A stretch of 64,000 nt of DNA from Vicugna vicugna. Taxonomy: Eukaryota. Within the stretch, counting starts at the first letter, position 1. The number at the start of each line of letters is the position of its first letter. The DNA lies in NCBI GenBank assembly GCA_013265495.1, contig MU058418.1:1886917-1950916 (forward strand). Reading direction: 5' to 3'. This document shows positions 49,356-62,699 of the stretch, piece after piece. The translations under genes were made by a program, and so were the position numbers. Below the pieces are notes generated by a model, which saw only the letters and a list, made by a program, of their open reading frames with translations, ran no database searches and was not told the origin of the DNA.

Positions 49356-50993
49356 TGTGTATTTTTAATTTAAATAAAATGTTTAAGATAGGACATGTCA
49401 TTTTTAAGCACTCTCTAGCTTAACAGGCTCTTTTGATTGACCAACCAACTTAGTCTTGATTGCATCGACAGGAGGATTTCTACAGGTGTTTGGCAGGGGC
49501 TGGGGGGAAGGGTTTTGTTTGCTTTTTAAAAATAAATTTGAAAAATGGGGGTAAATAATGTTAAAAAGATTCCTTTACTCTGAACCTTCTCAGAGCCTTT
49601 ACTATCCTACTATGCATTGTAAACATCCAGAAAAAGTATGAAATGTTCTTTAAGTTTATTTGAACCCTTTTCTTCCCTTGGGAATATCTATCATCAACTG
49701 AAGGAACTAGTGTTCTGGGGAGCAGTTTGAGAAACACAGGAGTGCAAAATTCATACAGATGCTGGAAGCAGAAAAGTTTTCAACCTACCCACTGCCCCAC
49801 TCCTGCCCCCGCTGGTCAAGAGAACAACCGTATTTGGCAGCTGTGTGCCTTCAAGTTTCAGTTCTGTCTCAGCAGAGGCCCAAGGTGCTGCTCAGGCACA
49901 GGGGTCTGGTGGTTGAGTCAGAGAAGTGAAGTGGTACCAAACCAAGGTGCCCTTCCTGGGCGATGGGGTGCTGCTGGGGGCTTTAGAGAGGAAAAGAGGG
50001 AAAGTGGTTTGGCCACCAGGAAGTCAAAGTTTCCTCCAGTCAGCCTGGGAAAAGAGTGAGAGGGAAGAAAAAACCCTAATTGAATCCCCAGTGCGCTGTC
50101 TCCCTCCCACCTCCATGCTTTGTCTTAAAGGAGCCATGACCACACACACAATGAAAATGGGACACATTTGGAGACCATCAACACCACTTGGCCAGGAACT
50201 ACTTCTCCTGGATGAATTCTTCTCACTCTGACTTCCCCTGACTCCTGCCTACAGATGCAGATAAATGTCTGAACTTGAACTCAAGAGGAAGAAGCATGCT
50301 GGGAAGATTTTCCAGCACTTTGCTAAAATATTTCCCCTTCAGCTGAGCCCAGAGCTAAACCCCAATCCAAGGGAGGGTCTCCAAACTAGAAGTGGTCCCT
50401 CACTAGGCTTGTCTGTGAGCCAGAGACCCGCCAGGAGAGTACCCTGGGAAAAGTATCCAATTTCTTGTCTGAAAATCTCTGAAACATACATGAGATCTGT
50501 CATCTCAAAGTTTAGACTTATGGAAGTCTTACACATGTGAACAAGCATGAACTTCTAGGCTCTTTTGGGTTTTCTACCAACTATGCTAGGGCAGTGGTGA
50601 AATGTCTACTCACCTTTAGTAACCTAAAGGAAAAGCAAAATCAGATTTATATGTTTATGATGGAAAGGAGCCAACTGTAGAAGAAATGTGGAATCCCATT
50701 TTGAAAAACAGGACCCCCAGTAAATAACATTGAGTGCAAACCCCAATCTCCTGCTCTGTCTTATCCACATTTCTGGGAGGATTTTGTGGGACACTTCCTC
50801 TGTGTGCGCTGAGTGGCCTGTCAGAAAAATGAAAGTATGGGCAGGAAAGCTCATCTAAAATTACAAACAGCTGGGGGCAGGGAGAGGCCTGAGGAGGCTC
50901 TGGCCAGCCCCATCCGCAACGAAAGGGGGTGGGGCAGGGCTTGGCTCCTCCCTCTGACTCCTCAGGTCTCTCTTTGTCTCAAGACTCCCCTGG

Positions 50994-51248
50994 AGTGGGA
51001 GGAGGAGAGAAAGAAGTAAGGGAGGTTAAGAGGGACAAGCTTCCGGTTACAAAATAAAGGAGTCCCAGGAGGAAATGCACAGCACAGGGAGTGTGGTTAA
51101 CCATACTGTGATAATTTTGTATGGTGACAGATGGTAACTAGACTTATGGTGGTGATCATTTTGTAATGTATAGAAATAATCAAATCATTATTTGTGCACC
51201 TGGAACTAACATAGTATTATAGGTCAGTAATACCTCAATAAAAAAAAA
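50994..51248 (+). mobile_element. 5'-truncated L1 3'UTR with TSD
   Basis: gtatggtgacagatggtaactagacttatggtggtgatcattttgtaatgtata...acctggaactaacatag, then poly-A; flanks aagactcccctgg / aagactcctctgg. Confidence 0.85.
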
Positions 51249-51602
51249 AAGACTCCTCTGGGGCCACACACAAGGAAGTAGACCCTGCTCAACATACTAT
51301 ACACAGGGACTTCTGCTGTCCCATATGGAAGTTAAGGAGGGTTGACATACTTTCATTGTTTTTAACAGGTAATACATTCACCTGGCTCAAAACTCAAAAT
51401 GATATAAAACATACAGATTTAGAAATCTGGTTGCCACCACTGACCCCCTTCTGCTGCCCCTGTGTAACCACTTTTATTAGCTTTTTATATGTCATTTCAG
51501 TGTTTTTTATGCATATACCAATTCATCCTTTCATTCAATACCTACTTTCCAGGCCCCTGCTGTTGTCTAGGCTACTATATTTTAGGCACTGTTTTGGAGA
51601 TA

Positions 51603-52222
51603 CAGTAGTCCCCCCCTTACCCATGTTCCAAGACCCTCAGTGCATGCCTGAAACCAGGGAGAGTACTGAGCCCTATATATGCTATGTTTTTTTCTATATA
51701 TACATACCTATGATAATGCTTAAATTATAAAGCACAGTAAGTAAGAAATTAACAATAACTACTAATAAAATAGAATGATCATAATGATGTACTATAATAA
51801 GAGTTATGTGACTGTGATCTCTCTCTCAAAATGTCTTAATGTACTTCACTCACCCTTCTTATGGTATGAGGTGTAAAATGCCTACAGGAAGAGATGAAGT
51901 GAGGTGAATGATGTAGGCATTGTGATATAGCATTTGGCTACTATTGACCTTCTGATGATAGGTCAGAAGGAGGAGCATCTGCTTCAGGTGATCCTGGATC
52001 ATCGAGTCATTCTGACGTCCGTGGCTGGATGTCACGAGCAGACTGTGGTGGTGGTTGGTGGTCCCATGCGGGATGGAACAGGATGGTGTGAGATTTCATC
52101 ATGCTACTCAGAACAGCACACAATTTAAAACTTAGGAATTTTTCATTTCTGCAATTTTCCATTTAATATTATCAGACTGCATGAAAGTGTAGAAAGTGAA
52201 ACCATGGATAAGAAGGTACTAC
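51603..52222. mobile_element. MER44-like (Tigger7-derived) Tc1/mariner element
   Basis: TA followed by a cagtagtcccccc TIR; ttccaagaccctcagtgcatgcctgaaacc; degenerate far TIR ggataagaaggtactac. Confidence 0.8.
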
Positions 52223-52239
52223 CCTTACTCCACCCCTGG

Positions 52240-53700
52240 AGCAGAAATCCTTACTCTCATGGAGTTTATCATTGGAAGGGGGTAGACGGACAAGAATCAA
52301 TAAACACAAGGAATAAGAAAATAATGGAGTAAGGAGGATGGTGGTGTGGAGGTTTGAAGGGGCACATTGCAATTTTAAATAGAGCGGTCAGAATAGACAT
52401 CCCTGAGAAAGTAACATTTTGAGCAAAGTTGAAGAAGGTGAGGGAGTTAACTATGTGGGTATCTGGGGGAAAGCATGGAGAAAGACAAACAGCCCATACA
52501 AAGGCTGGAAGCAGACCATGCCTATTGTATTTTTGAAACAGCGAAGACCCAAGAGTAGCTGGAGTGGACAGAGTTAGGGAGAGTAGTAGGAGATGAAGTC
52601 AGAGAGGAGCAGTGAAAGGAGGACAGACAGATCGTGCAGGACTTTGCAAGGACTTTAGTGTTTACTCTGAATGTGTTGGGCAGCCTGTCCAAGATTTTGA
52701 GTGGCATGATCTGACTTATATTTAAATAGAATCTCTCTGGCTGCTATGTTGAGAAGAAAGGGTGGAAGAAGGGAGAGGCTGGTTTTGAGGCTATTGCAAT
52801 AATCCAACCCGGAGGAGATGGTGGATCGAAAAAGGCTGGGAGTCATATAAGTATTAATGTCAGACTGTGGGCGTATTTTTGAAGTAGTCACTGATGGATT
52901 GGGTCATGGGCGTGGGAAAAAGGGAAGAATCCATGATGACTGTAAGATTTTTGACCTGAGCAGTTGGGAAAATTGAACTGCCATCGGTTGAGATGGCAAG
53001 TTAAGGAGGGAAGATCAGGAATTTCATTACACACAAGTGAGGTTTGAAATGCCTTTCAGACATCCAAGAAGAGATGCCAAGTAGGTGTTAATATAATTTG
53101 GAGGGTACTCAGCACATGGATGGCATTTAACCATGAGTCTAGATGAGATAGCCGAGGGAGTGTAGATAGAAAAAGGGAAGTGAACCAAGGGCTGAGTCCT
53201 AGGACACTAGTGTTAAGAGTGGGAGATGGGGAGGGAAAGGAGAACCAGCAAAAGTGACCTACAAGGAGAAGTGAGGTAGAAGAAAACTAGGACAGACTGC
53301 TATCCCAGTGTCTGGTGATGAAAGTTTCTTAAGTAAGAGTGAGTGACAAATTGTGTGAAATGTTGTTGACTGTCAAGTAAAACCACTGTCTTTAGCCACG
53401 CTGAGGTCACTAGTATTGATGACAAAATCAGTTTCCATGAAGTGGTAGAGGTATAAGCTGGATGAGTGGGTCTAAGAAAGATTTTGGAAGAAGTTGCAGA
53501 CAATAAGTGTAGGCAGCTCTTTCTGAGAGTTTTGTTAAAAAGGGAACAAACACATGAGGCAAAAGCTGACGGGGAAATGGAGTCAAGTGAAGGATATTTA
53601 TGAGGTGGGAGAAATAAAGTGTGTTGTGAGTGATCCAGGAAATAGGGGAGAAGTGATGATACCAGAGAAAACCAAATTTTGGGAGCAATGACCTTGAATA
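52240..53700 (-). mobile_element. L2 element (continues from ~51525, split by the MER44-like element)
   Basis: ttactctcatggagtttatcatt, gaggctattgcaataatcca, tttgacctgagcagttggg, gacatccaagaagagatgccaagtagg. Confidence 0.8.
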
Positions 53701-54552
53701 GGCTTGAGGGGATATCCTCCCCCTTTATTATATTAACTATATCTTTCTTACAAAATACAGCATTTTATATCCATTTTTTGGCATCTCATATTTCCCACTT
53801 AGCAATCTATGGTTCTTTTCACATCAGGGAACAGAGAAATTCCTTTTTTCACAGCTGCATACTATCCCATTGGAAGGATATACCACAGCTTATGTGTTGT
53901 TTCTAAGCTTTTGCTCTCTAAAACAATGCTACTCTGAATAATTGTGTATGCCTCATCACATGTGTATCAGCCCTATTGCTGCTTCAGTCCAGGAGCTGAA
54001 GTTCATAGCTTTATAAAGTTCATATCATAGTCTGTCAGCTATCAGTATTTCTGATCTGTGACTCCTCTCTTTTGATTTTTCTTCCTTTTTAAAATTAACT
54101 CTATGTTGAAATTAATTTTGCCTTGTAACATCAGGAATGTGCTTAAATAGATAAATATAATAGTTCTTTTATTTCCGATAGTTGCATTAGGTCAAAATAA
54201 TTGTTCAGATACATTTGGGACTTAATGAAAACAGATGTCATATAGGGCAGTAATAACGTTTGATCTGAGATTTTTAGTTATGGTAACAGAACATTGTTCA
54301 CTGGACTTCAGAGATGCTTTTGCAAATCTTTTGTTAGGAATCTTTGTTAACAGAGATCTTCCTTATTCCCATGTTCTGGAGGGTCATATGTTCTCAGCCA
54401 CCTCCTCCCTCCCCCTTCTCACCCATTAGTTTTCTTGTATTTGGAAATGGCAGCTTGTGTCCAGTGTTATGTCTCAGACAGTTGCCATTTTGCAGCCATT
54501 AACAGTTGTTTGAGATCTCATGATACTATTATTGGTATGTTTCTCCCCCTAG

Positions 54553-54662
54553 ACCTTTGGAAACACCAAGTCATGAAAGAAAACTTTTCAGTTATTAGAC
54601 CACAAATTGTGGAAAAGTTTATACAGAGATTACTGGAGAATTACCAGGATGGTGGACTAGAG
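54553..54662 (+). CDS. CCDC162: CCDC162 exon (D-LWKHQVMKENFSVIRPQIVEKFIQRLLENYQDGGLE)
   Basis: ttctccccctag acceptor; GAG|gtatgt donor; 110 nt; phase 1 to 0. Confidence 0.9.
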
Positions 54663-55829
54663 GTATGTATTGAAAATTAGTCATTCTGGAGTGTGTCTTT
54701 TTTTTTTCTTTAACATAAACCCAAACAAGGAAGAGTTTCCCCTCAATATACCTCCGAATGCTTCCCTTACTCCCTTAGAATGAAGATATGAAAACCAAAG
54801 CTGAACTCAACATAGTAATCACTTGTTACCATTTTAATTTTGGAAAAAGACTGATTTCTAACAAAGACAGGAGGGGAATTAGAATATGCGTGTTGGCTAA
54901 TTTCAGATTTGGCCAGTTTTTTAAAGTAACTTTGGAGTTTATTTATGGATGAGTTATTTTTACCATTTCCTGTTGTCAATTTTTTAGTATAAAAAATTTA
55001 AAAGAGAGAAACCAAAATAGCCTATGATACCATTACCTAGGAAACATTTTTTAAATGTACAATATGAAAAAAACTAACAGCTCAGGAAGGTAACGTTTTC
55101 ACCCCTCCTCCACTCCACCGTCCTCAATTTTCTTTCCACAAAGGAAGCCAGTATGAACAATTTGTGTGTGGGTGTATAAACATGTGACTCCATAGCAACT
55201 TTACATAATATATATTTAACAGTAATAGATATTTAATACATACAACATGCATACACACAGACCTCAAGAGTTTTAAACTGTTTAGTCTTTGACAGGAAGT
55301 GCCTTTCTGAATCAAAGAAATCTGCTGAAAAGTTAGGATAAGAGAGTACATGTGGGTATCTGGCTGTAACAGAGCTTTTAAGATCTTTACCAAATTAAGC
55401 CTAAGTGCAGTAAGTAGATATAAATTCAGTTTCCTTTGAAATTCAACCATTTAAAACACAGAAAAACCTGACTTGGCAAAATGTGCCCAATTTTTTGAAA
55501 CAATATTTTCTCCAAATTTGTATTTTTCTAAGCTCTTCAAATATTCCTCGTAATTTTATAATAAACACTTTAATTCTTACTTATGAGATGGAAATTCACA
55601 AATGCTTGGCTGGAGACATGTTCTTCCTCAGAACTTGGTGATTTACGTGTATTTGCTTTAAGCTTTCAGTTACACCCAGTGTAGTATGTGTGTTCTGATG
55701 TGGGGCTTCCGAAATGGTTCCTTTCGGGTCTCTGCAGCCCAGAGGTTTTCAACCAGAGGTGATTAGGGTGGGGCATGTTTGGGAAAAAATGTTTGAATTA
55801 AAACTTTTATGACTTTCCTTAAAAGGAAG

Positions 55830-56130
55830 GAAATTCTGGTGCATGCTTCATCATGGAAGACCTCAAGCTAAGTGAAGTAAGCCAATCATAAAAGCACACA
55901 CGCTCCATGACCCCACTTACATGAGGCACCTAGAATATGAAGACAGAAAGTAGAAGGTGGTCACTGGGCTGAGGGGAGAGGAATGGGGGATTAGTGCTTA
56001 ACGGGTCCAGAGTTTCAGTTTTGCAAGATGAAAAGCATTCTAGAGATTGATCACACAGCAGTGCAAAGGGACTTAATGCCACTGAACTGTACATTTACAA
56101 GTGGCTAAGATGGCAAATTGGCCACAGTCA
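55830..56130 (+). mobile_element. L1MB-type 3' end
   Basis: gctaagtgaagtaagccaatcataaaag...cagagtttcagttttgcaagatgaaaag...cttaatgccactgaactgtacattt. Confidence 0.85.
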
Positions 56131-57644
56131 AAACAAACAAAAAGTTTATAGCTCAAGATCTGCTCATCCCTTATCTATAGACTTCACCTGACATTGAAGA
56201 CGAGCTCTTCTAGGAAAGAAATGTGGGTGTCAGGAGACAGGGCAAATCCCTGTCAGGTACCCAGGGCACACTGAAGAGGCCGGGGTCAGCCTGTGGCAGT
56301 CTCGGAAAAACAGGGCCCCAGGATGTGAGCTCCCTCCAAAGTCTCTGCCTGGTGGGCTTCTGGCCTCTTCTGGGCCCTCTGCAGTGACAGAGAGCTCCCC
56401 TTTTCTCAGTCACTTCCCCCACCCCCCATTCCTGGCAGCTCTTGTTTCGCACAGCTCTTACAGAGCTGGATTTGGCCTCCCCACTGGCTCCACCACAGAT
56501 CCTAGTCCCTGGGACACCACAGTTCATGGTTCCCACCCCTCACAACAAGCCTTTCGATATCTGAGGGGAAGGCAGGCTAGTCCAAGAAGCTCGGGTGGCA
56601 CCAGTGCTCACATGTGTGAATACTCTCTTTGTAAGGTGACAATGAAGGACTGGCTCTAGGAGGACAAACCCAAACAGCTGTCCCTCTGGGTGGTGGATTA
56701 CGGATTGTTACCCCTTCCTCCAGGCAGTGCAGCCCATCCCAGGCACGTGGATGGGGAAACACAGCAAAGCTGGGCTCCTGTGTGCAGAGCAGACTGCACA
56801 AGCCTGAGTCCCGCCTCCCCTCCTTCAGACCAAACCAGCCTCCTTTCCTTTACTACTTTCAATGAGTGCCCCTCCCCTCCTGGTCAGTCTCTTCTAAACT
56901 CAAGGTCGTCTAACCTGCAAAGAATGCCCTGGTCCTGGGTGCTCTGCTTGGATTATTGCCCATGACTTTGTCGGGTTTGTCACAGCTGACTCAATAGGCT
57001 AACAGTCACCTAAGGCCCACACATGGCCTTTGGGCCTCCTGCCACCATAATATTAGCCTTGTTCTCTTTCAACTTGGCCCACTCTTTGAACCTCTTCAGA
57101 TCTTTAAAAAAAAAAAAAAAACCTAGATTTTTATCATCTAGCATACTCTCTCTCCCTCCCAGGTCCATGTCAGCTTGCCCTTGGTGTCTTCATTCAGCCA
57201 TTAGTGACAGTGTGTGACAGGACAGGCCCCGAACACTGTACTGCCCACTCTGGGTCCCCTCCAGGCTGACCAGGTACTTTGGGCACAGTCTTTCAGGTGC
57301 TAGAAGCTCCTCGAGTTGCCCTATCACCCAGCCAGTGTTCTCCACTTGTTCGAAAGAGCATCGTGGGAACCCTTCTCCCCTGTCCTGCTGAAATCCACAT
57401 ACACTGCCTGCAGGAAAAGGTTAATCTGACCTGACTATTCTTGACTCATGTTGCCTTCCAGTGATTTTTGCTTCCTTCTTCAAATTCTAGAACACAAGCC
57501 TTTCACAATCAGTTCTAACATCTAGGCCAAATTTTATACCAAACCCACTGGCCTGAAGTTAGAGACTGACCCTTTTTTGCAGATCAGAACTGTAATAGTC
57601 TCTTTTGTGGATTCCAGAACCATTTTCATGCCTATGCCAAGAGT

Positions 57645-58170
57645 CCACTCATTCAGCAAGTGTTTATAGAGCTCCTCTTCTCTCCCAGGCACTTTATTAG
57701 AGACACAAGGCAAAAGATACAGTCCCTGCCCTTAAAGAGCTATGGAAAAAGTTAAGTGAACCAGCAATGCCCAGAAAAGGTACTTCACATTAAGTGCTTT
57801 GATAGAAGCACACACAGGGTGCTGTGTGAGCTCAGAGAAGGGGTACACAATCCAGCTGGGTGTGGGGCAGGAAGTAGTCAGGGAAGACTTCCTGGAGGAG
57901 GTACTGTTTGGGCCAAGCCTTGAAGCACACGTAGGTTTTGGCCAGATGAGGAGGGGTAGGGGAGGAAAGGCAGAGCAATCTAGGAAGGAGTATAGCAGAG
58001 TTTAGAGAAGGACGTTGTGAAGGTGGGCAGGGCCAGATGCTGAATGGCTTTGTGTGCAATCCTTGAGTTTGGATTTCATCCCAGAGTCAGTGGAAAGTCA
58101 CTGAAGCATTTTGTCAGTGGAGTTGGTTTTAGATACATCATCAAAACACCTTGTGTGTGCCTGATGGTAA
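57645..58170 (-). mobile_element. L2 3' fragment
   Basis: cactcattcagcaagtgtttatagagctcct...agtccctgcccttaaagagct...agtcagggaagacttcctggaggagg. Confidence 0.75.
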
Positions 58171-59779
58171 ATGAATTATTATGAGGGGCTCTGAGATGAG
58201 GCAAACCACAGAAATTCAGTTTGCTTCCAGCAGGGCCAGACTTTTACCCTAACAAGGCCTGGCACCTACCATGCTCCTCCCCAGGCTGCCTCTCCAGAAG
58301 AATCCATGGGGTGATCTGGGGCTCCTCCAGCCGATGCCATCCAACACAGTTCAGGTTTAAATGCTGGCGAAGAAGTCAGCCCACTGTAGGGCACTGGGCC
58401 AGCGGTCATCACTCTGGTTCTTATTGCAACCCTGGGGCCTGCCTTGGAGGGGAAGTTGCTACATGAAGCCCCTTTGTGCTGCATTTTGATATGGAGCTGA
58501 TATTTAGTGAACTAAAGGCAGGAGTGGGTTGCAGAATAGCTTTTAAGAAATAAATTGCTCTGAGAGCTCATAGAAGGATTGTGCCAAAAGAAGCTACATC
58601 AGCTGAGGTCCCACAGCACTGCTGCTCAGTGGCTTCTGGAAGGCTGAGTATTCAGTCTGCAGGAGCGAAGTTCACCAGGGGAGAGGGACTGCTGGGAACT
58701 GGGAGCCCCCATACTCTCTGTCACCTGTCAGTCTCAGCTTCCTGTCAGCTCCACTCAGTCATGCTCCCCATTCCATGTCCCCCCTGCGATGCCCTGGCTG
58801 GGCCCTTACCCCTTTCCCTGCCTTCATACTCACCTTGTGTACCATCCCCTTGAGCTGATCTTTCAGCCCAACTTTCTGAGGCCTCAGCAGAGCCACTGAG
58901 GGAAGGAAGCAATATGGTTTCTCTGGCCTCTGGAAATGCACGGGGTAGTCCTGGCCTGTTTGGTATAGCACAGACCCATGCAAGGCTTCCTCATCCTTGC
59001 TGAGTGAATAGCATGTTCGCTAAGAGGGGATGGCAGAGGGTCCCTGTGGTTTGAGTCTACATTTCTGTTTGTTTGGGATCTTCTATCTGCAGTGGCTACA
59101 GTGGCATTAGTTTGAGAACTGTTTGCCCTGCTGAAAAGCTGTTGGAGGCCCTGTTGGCATGCTCAGGTGTGGGCACTGCTGTCCAGGACAGTGAGGGGTG
59201 AGTCACTCTGTGGCTGACTCCAAGCACTGGGCCCAGCCACCGTGGATGAGGTCACTGGCCACACCCTGCTGGCCTCAAATGTGGTCTCATGACTTCTCAG
59301 GATTTCAGGCGTTTATCATACGGAACCGGGAAGTATTTCCTTTGTCAATACTGATTCACATAGCCTTGGCCCTTTCACCAGAAAGAAGTTGAGGTTCCAG
59401 GGGTGGAGTCTTGCTGCCCTGTGCCGTGTGTGAGCAGCTGACTCTGACTGTCCTACTGCTCACTTTCCAGGGCAGGATGGGTTGCTCTCATCCCCCACCC
59501 CAACTAAGGGACCCTTGCAGAGGCCTAGGAAGGGGGGGGGGATGCTGAATGCCTGGTTTCTGCTCATAAAATCCCCCGTGAACAGAGGTTTTCATCTACT
59601 GTTTCCATTCTGTACATCTTCAGGGCATCCTGACAAGCTGCTACGGTTGATAACCTTTACCAGAGCTTTACTATTTTTAATTAGTATATACACTTTAGTA
59701 GGTATGTAAATATTACATCACATTTTAGTATATATATGAAATTGCACATATATTTTATATATAATTATTTTAATTATAT

Positions 59780-60360
59780 ATACATTTTATGATTATATTA
59801 GAAAATACACTCATAATCTTACCCTCATTGATAGCCACTATTATTATTTTGGTGTGTTTTCTTCCAGACTTCATTAACTTTATTCATGCACTTTTTTTAA
59901 CAAAATAAGATTCTTCTAGATGCCTTTTTGTGATAATGTACTTTTTTTCACGTGACTCTATGTTGTAAACATGTTTCCTTGTCAATTAACATATGTCCAC
60001 AGCAAAATTTTTGGTGGCTATTTAGTGTTTCATCGTATAGATGAATGAGACAGATTCAACCTGTTTATTATTAAGCACTTTAATTGTTTCCATTTTTCTT
60101 TTCTATTGGAAGGGCTACTGTAAAGAACATCTGTTAACATATGTTTTTGTGTATAACTTTTTTTATTCTCTAAAGATGAATTCCTAGAAGAGGAATTACT
60201 GGGTCAAAGAGCATGAACATTTAACATTTTTTTCATAGATACTGCTCATCTGTCCTCCAAAATACCACACTGATTTCCCCTCCAGTCAGCAGGGGTGAGC
60301 GAGCCACTTTCCTTACTCCATCAAGACTGGGCTTTCTCACTATCTGCCATCTCTGCTAGT
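59780..60360 (-). mobile_element. Old L1ME-type fragment
   Basis: attcctagaagaggaattactgggtcaaagagcatgaacattt and related antisense L1 motifs. Confidence 0.6.
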
Positions 60361-60539
60361 TTGCCTCAAAAACTCACCTGGCAAAACCACTCTGGAGGCC
60401 AGTGGCACTGATAAGGCAGTGTCACCAGGATAATCAAATCAGCCAGGGAACCACCCCAGGCTGGAAGGAGAACCTAGGCTGGAGCCCTCCTGACCCTGGA
60501 AGTGTCACAGATAAAGCTCACCAAGCAAGCTGACCTCTA

Positions 60540-60735
60540 GATACACTCACTGACACAGGTAGAGGGACACGTATAGACACACAGAGACCTATACAGACAC
60601 TCACAAAGACACAGAGATACACACAGACACATGCATACATACACTAGTGGATAGAGACACACATATACACACAGACATATCCATAAATGCACATGGACAC
60701 ACCCACTGATGTAGACATACAGAGACACACACAAG
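60540..60735. repeat. Degenerate CA/GA-rich simple repeat
   Basis: Iterated acacacagagac / atacacac units. Confidence 0.8.
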
Positions 60736-61060
60736 CACTCCTGTGGACATGCAGTTCCTAGTCAGGTGGATCTGCCTCACCTTCCACATATTGGCTCCCA
60801 TTTCTCTTGGAGCCTAAACCTAAGCCTGCCTTGGAGGGGTAGACTTTCCCTCTATTTCTTAATGGCTGCCTCTTCAAAAAGTATGCCCAGCTGCCTGGAG
60901 AAAGGAGGGAATGGGACTGCCTGGAGAGTCAGCACTCTGGCCCTTTGACCAGGGCAAGGGGGGCCCCTGCCAGATGCCCCACTTCAGAGGGCCCCACCCT
61001 TCCCCACAGCAAATCCCCACTGCCAAGGGGACATGTCCACTCAGATCCCTGGCGTGCTTT

Positions 61061-62108
61061 CTTTTTTTTTTAAATTGAAGTATAGCTGATTTACAATGTT
61101 GTGTTAGTTTATGGAGTACAGCATAGGGATTCAGTCATATATATACACACACACATACACATTCTTTTTCATGTTCATTTTCATTATGGTTTATTACAGG
61201 ATATTGAATATAGTTCCCTGTTATACTGTAGGACCTCACTGTTTATCTGTTTTATATATAGTAGATGTATCTGCTAATCCCAAACTCCTAATTTATCCCT
61301 CCCCCTACTTCCCCTTTGGTAAACATAAGCTTGTTTTCTATGTCTGTGAGTCTGTTTCTATTTTGTAAATAAGTTCATGTCAAATATTAGATTTCACATA
61401 TAAGTGATATCAGATGGTATTTGTCTTTCTGATTTATTTCACTTAGTATGATAATCTCTAGGTCCATCTATGTTGCTGCAAATGGCATCACTTCATTCTG
61501 TTTTATGGCTACGTAGTATTCCATTGTAGCCAATCATCTGTCGATAGACATTGAGGTTGCTTCCACTTCTTGGCTACTGTAAATAGTGCTGCTATGAACA
61601 TTGGGGTACTTGTATCTTTTTGAAGTGGAGTTTTCTCTGGATATATGCCCGGGAGTGGGATTGCTGGATCATATGGTAACTATTTTTAGTTTTTTAAGGA
61701 TTCTCCACATTGTTTTCCATAGTGGCTGCACCAATGCACACTCCCACCAACAGTGTAGGAGAGTTCCCTTTTCTCCACATCCTCTCCAGCATTTATCATT
61801 TGTGGACTTTTAATAATGGCCATTCTGACCAGGGTGAGGTGATACCTCACTGTAGTTTTGATTTGCATTTCTTTGATAATTAGCAATATTGAGCATCTTT
61901 TCACGTGCCTATTGGCCATTTGCATGTCTTCATTGGAGAAATGTTTGTTCAAATCTTCTGCCCATTTTTGGATTAGATTGTTTTTTGTTATTGAGTTCTA
62001 TGAACTCTTTATGTATTTTGGAAGTTAAGCTCTTGTCAGTCACATCATTTGCAAATATTTTCTCCCATTCCATAGGTTGTCTTTTTATTTTGTTTATGGT
62101 TTCCTTTC
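61061..62108 (-). mobile_element. 5'-truncated lineage-specific L1 (ORF2 C-terminal region and 3'UTR)
   Basis: Minus-strand ORFs ETINKIKRQPMEWEKIFAN and [18 protein letters not shown]...[21 protein letters not shown] are L1 ORF2; poly-T at 61061. Confidence 0.93.
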
Positions 62109-62457
62109 CTGGTCTTCCTTCTGGACAGTGTTCCAGATATCTGGGACCCTGGAATTCCCTGAATCCAAGGCCTCTTCCCCAGATCATCTTCCCCAGAGGG
62201 AGAGCAGGCCCCACCACCAGTGTGCACACCCTGGCCTGGGGCATGGGCAAGGGCAGCAGTGCAGGGGAGTGGGTGGCTAGGCTGCCTGCTTACATATGCA
62301 TATGCAGCCCTCTCACCAACAGTGTGATGTGATGTGACACCAGAGGTAGGAAGCGAATGGGGTCAAACTGTAAACTATGGGTTGGGGACCAGCTCTCCCC
62401 AAGTCATTATACTTCAGCATAGAACCCAGAGTAGTCTTCAAAGTAGGACAGTTAAAC

Positions 62458-62668
62458 TTTTTCTTTTTCTTTTTCTTCTTCTCCTCCTTCTCCTCCTCCT
62501 TCTTCTTCTTTTCCTCCTTCTCCTCTTTCCCCTTCCCCTTCCTCTTCTTCTTCTTCTTTTTAGGTGGGAAGGTAATCAGTTTATTTTTAGAGGAGGTACT
62601 GGGGATTGAACCTAGGACTTTGTGCATGCTAAGCATGCACTCTACCACTGAGCTATAACCTCCCCCCA
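62458..62668 (-). mobile_element. Vic-1-type SINE, antisense, with a tail expanded into a GAA/GGA repeat
   Basis: ggaggtactggggattgaacctaggactttgtgcatgctaagcatgcactctaccactgagctataacctccccc; pyrimidine tract at 62458-62561. Confidence 0.92.
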
Positions 62669-62699
62669 AACATTTTCATTTTAATAGTTAGTTTGATTT

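Larger units (their letters stand above)
46466..50843. repeat. Head-to-tail tandem duplication, 2188-bp unit (46466-48653 and 48654-50841, with 2-bp CA microhomology)
   Basis: The ORF track repeats exactly at a +2188 offset (47539/49727, 47738/49926, 48077/50265). Both copies have the same (CA)n and poly-T lengths. Confidence 0.97.

Noticed and set aside
47539..50548. Duplicated ORFs suggesting a tandem gene pair
   Set aside because: They repeat only because of the 2188-bp duplication and show no splice or protein-family support.
61686..62250. Active L1 ORF2
   Set aside because: Only a ~1-kb 5'-truncated fragment, with the ORF2 peptide split across frames.
62313..62669. Lys/Glu-rich and Leu/Phe-rich ORFs
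   Set aside because: Translations of the SINE and its simple-repeat tail.
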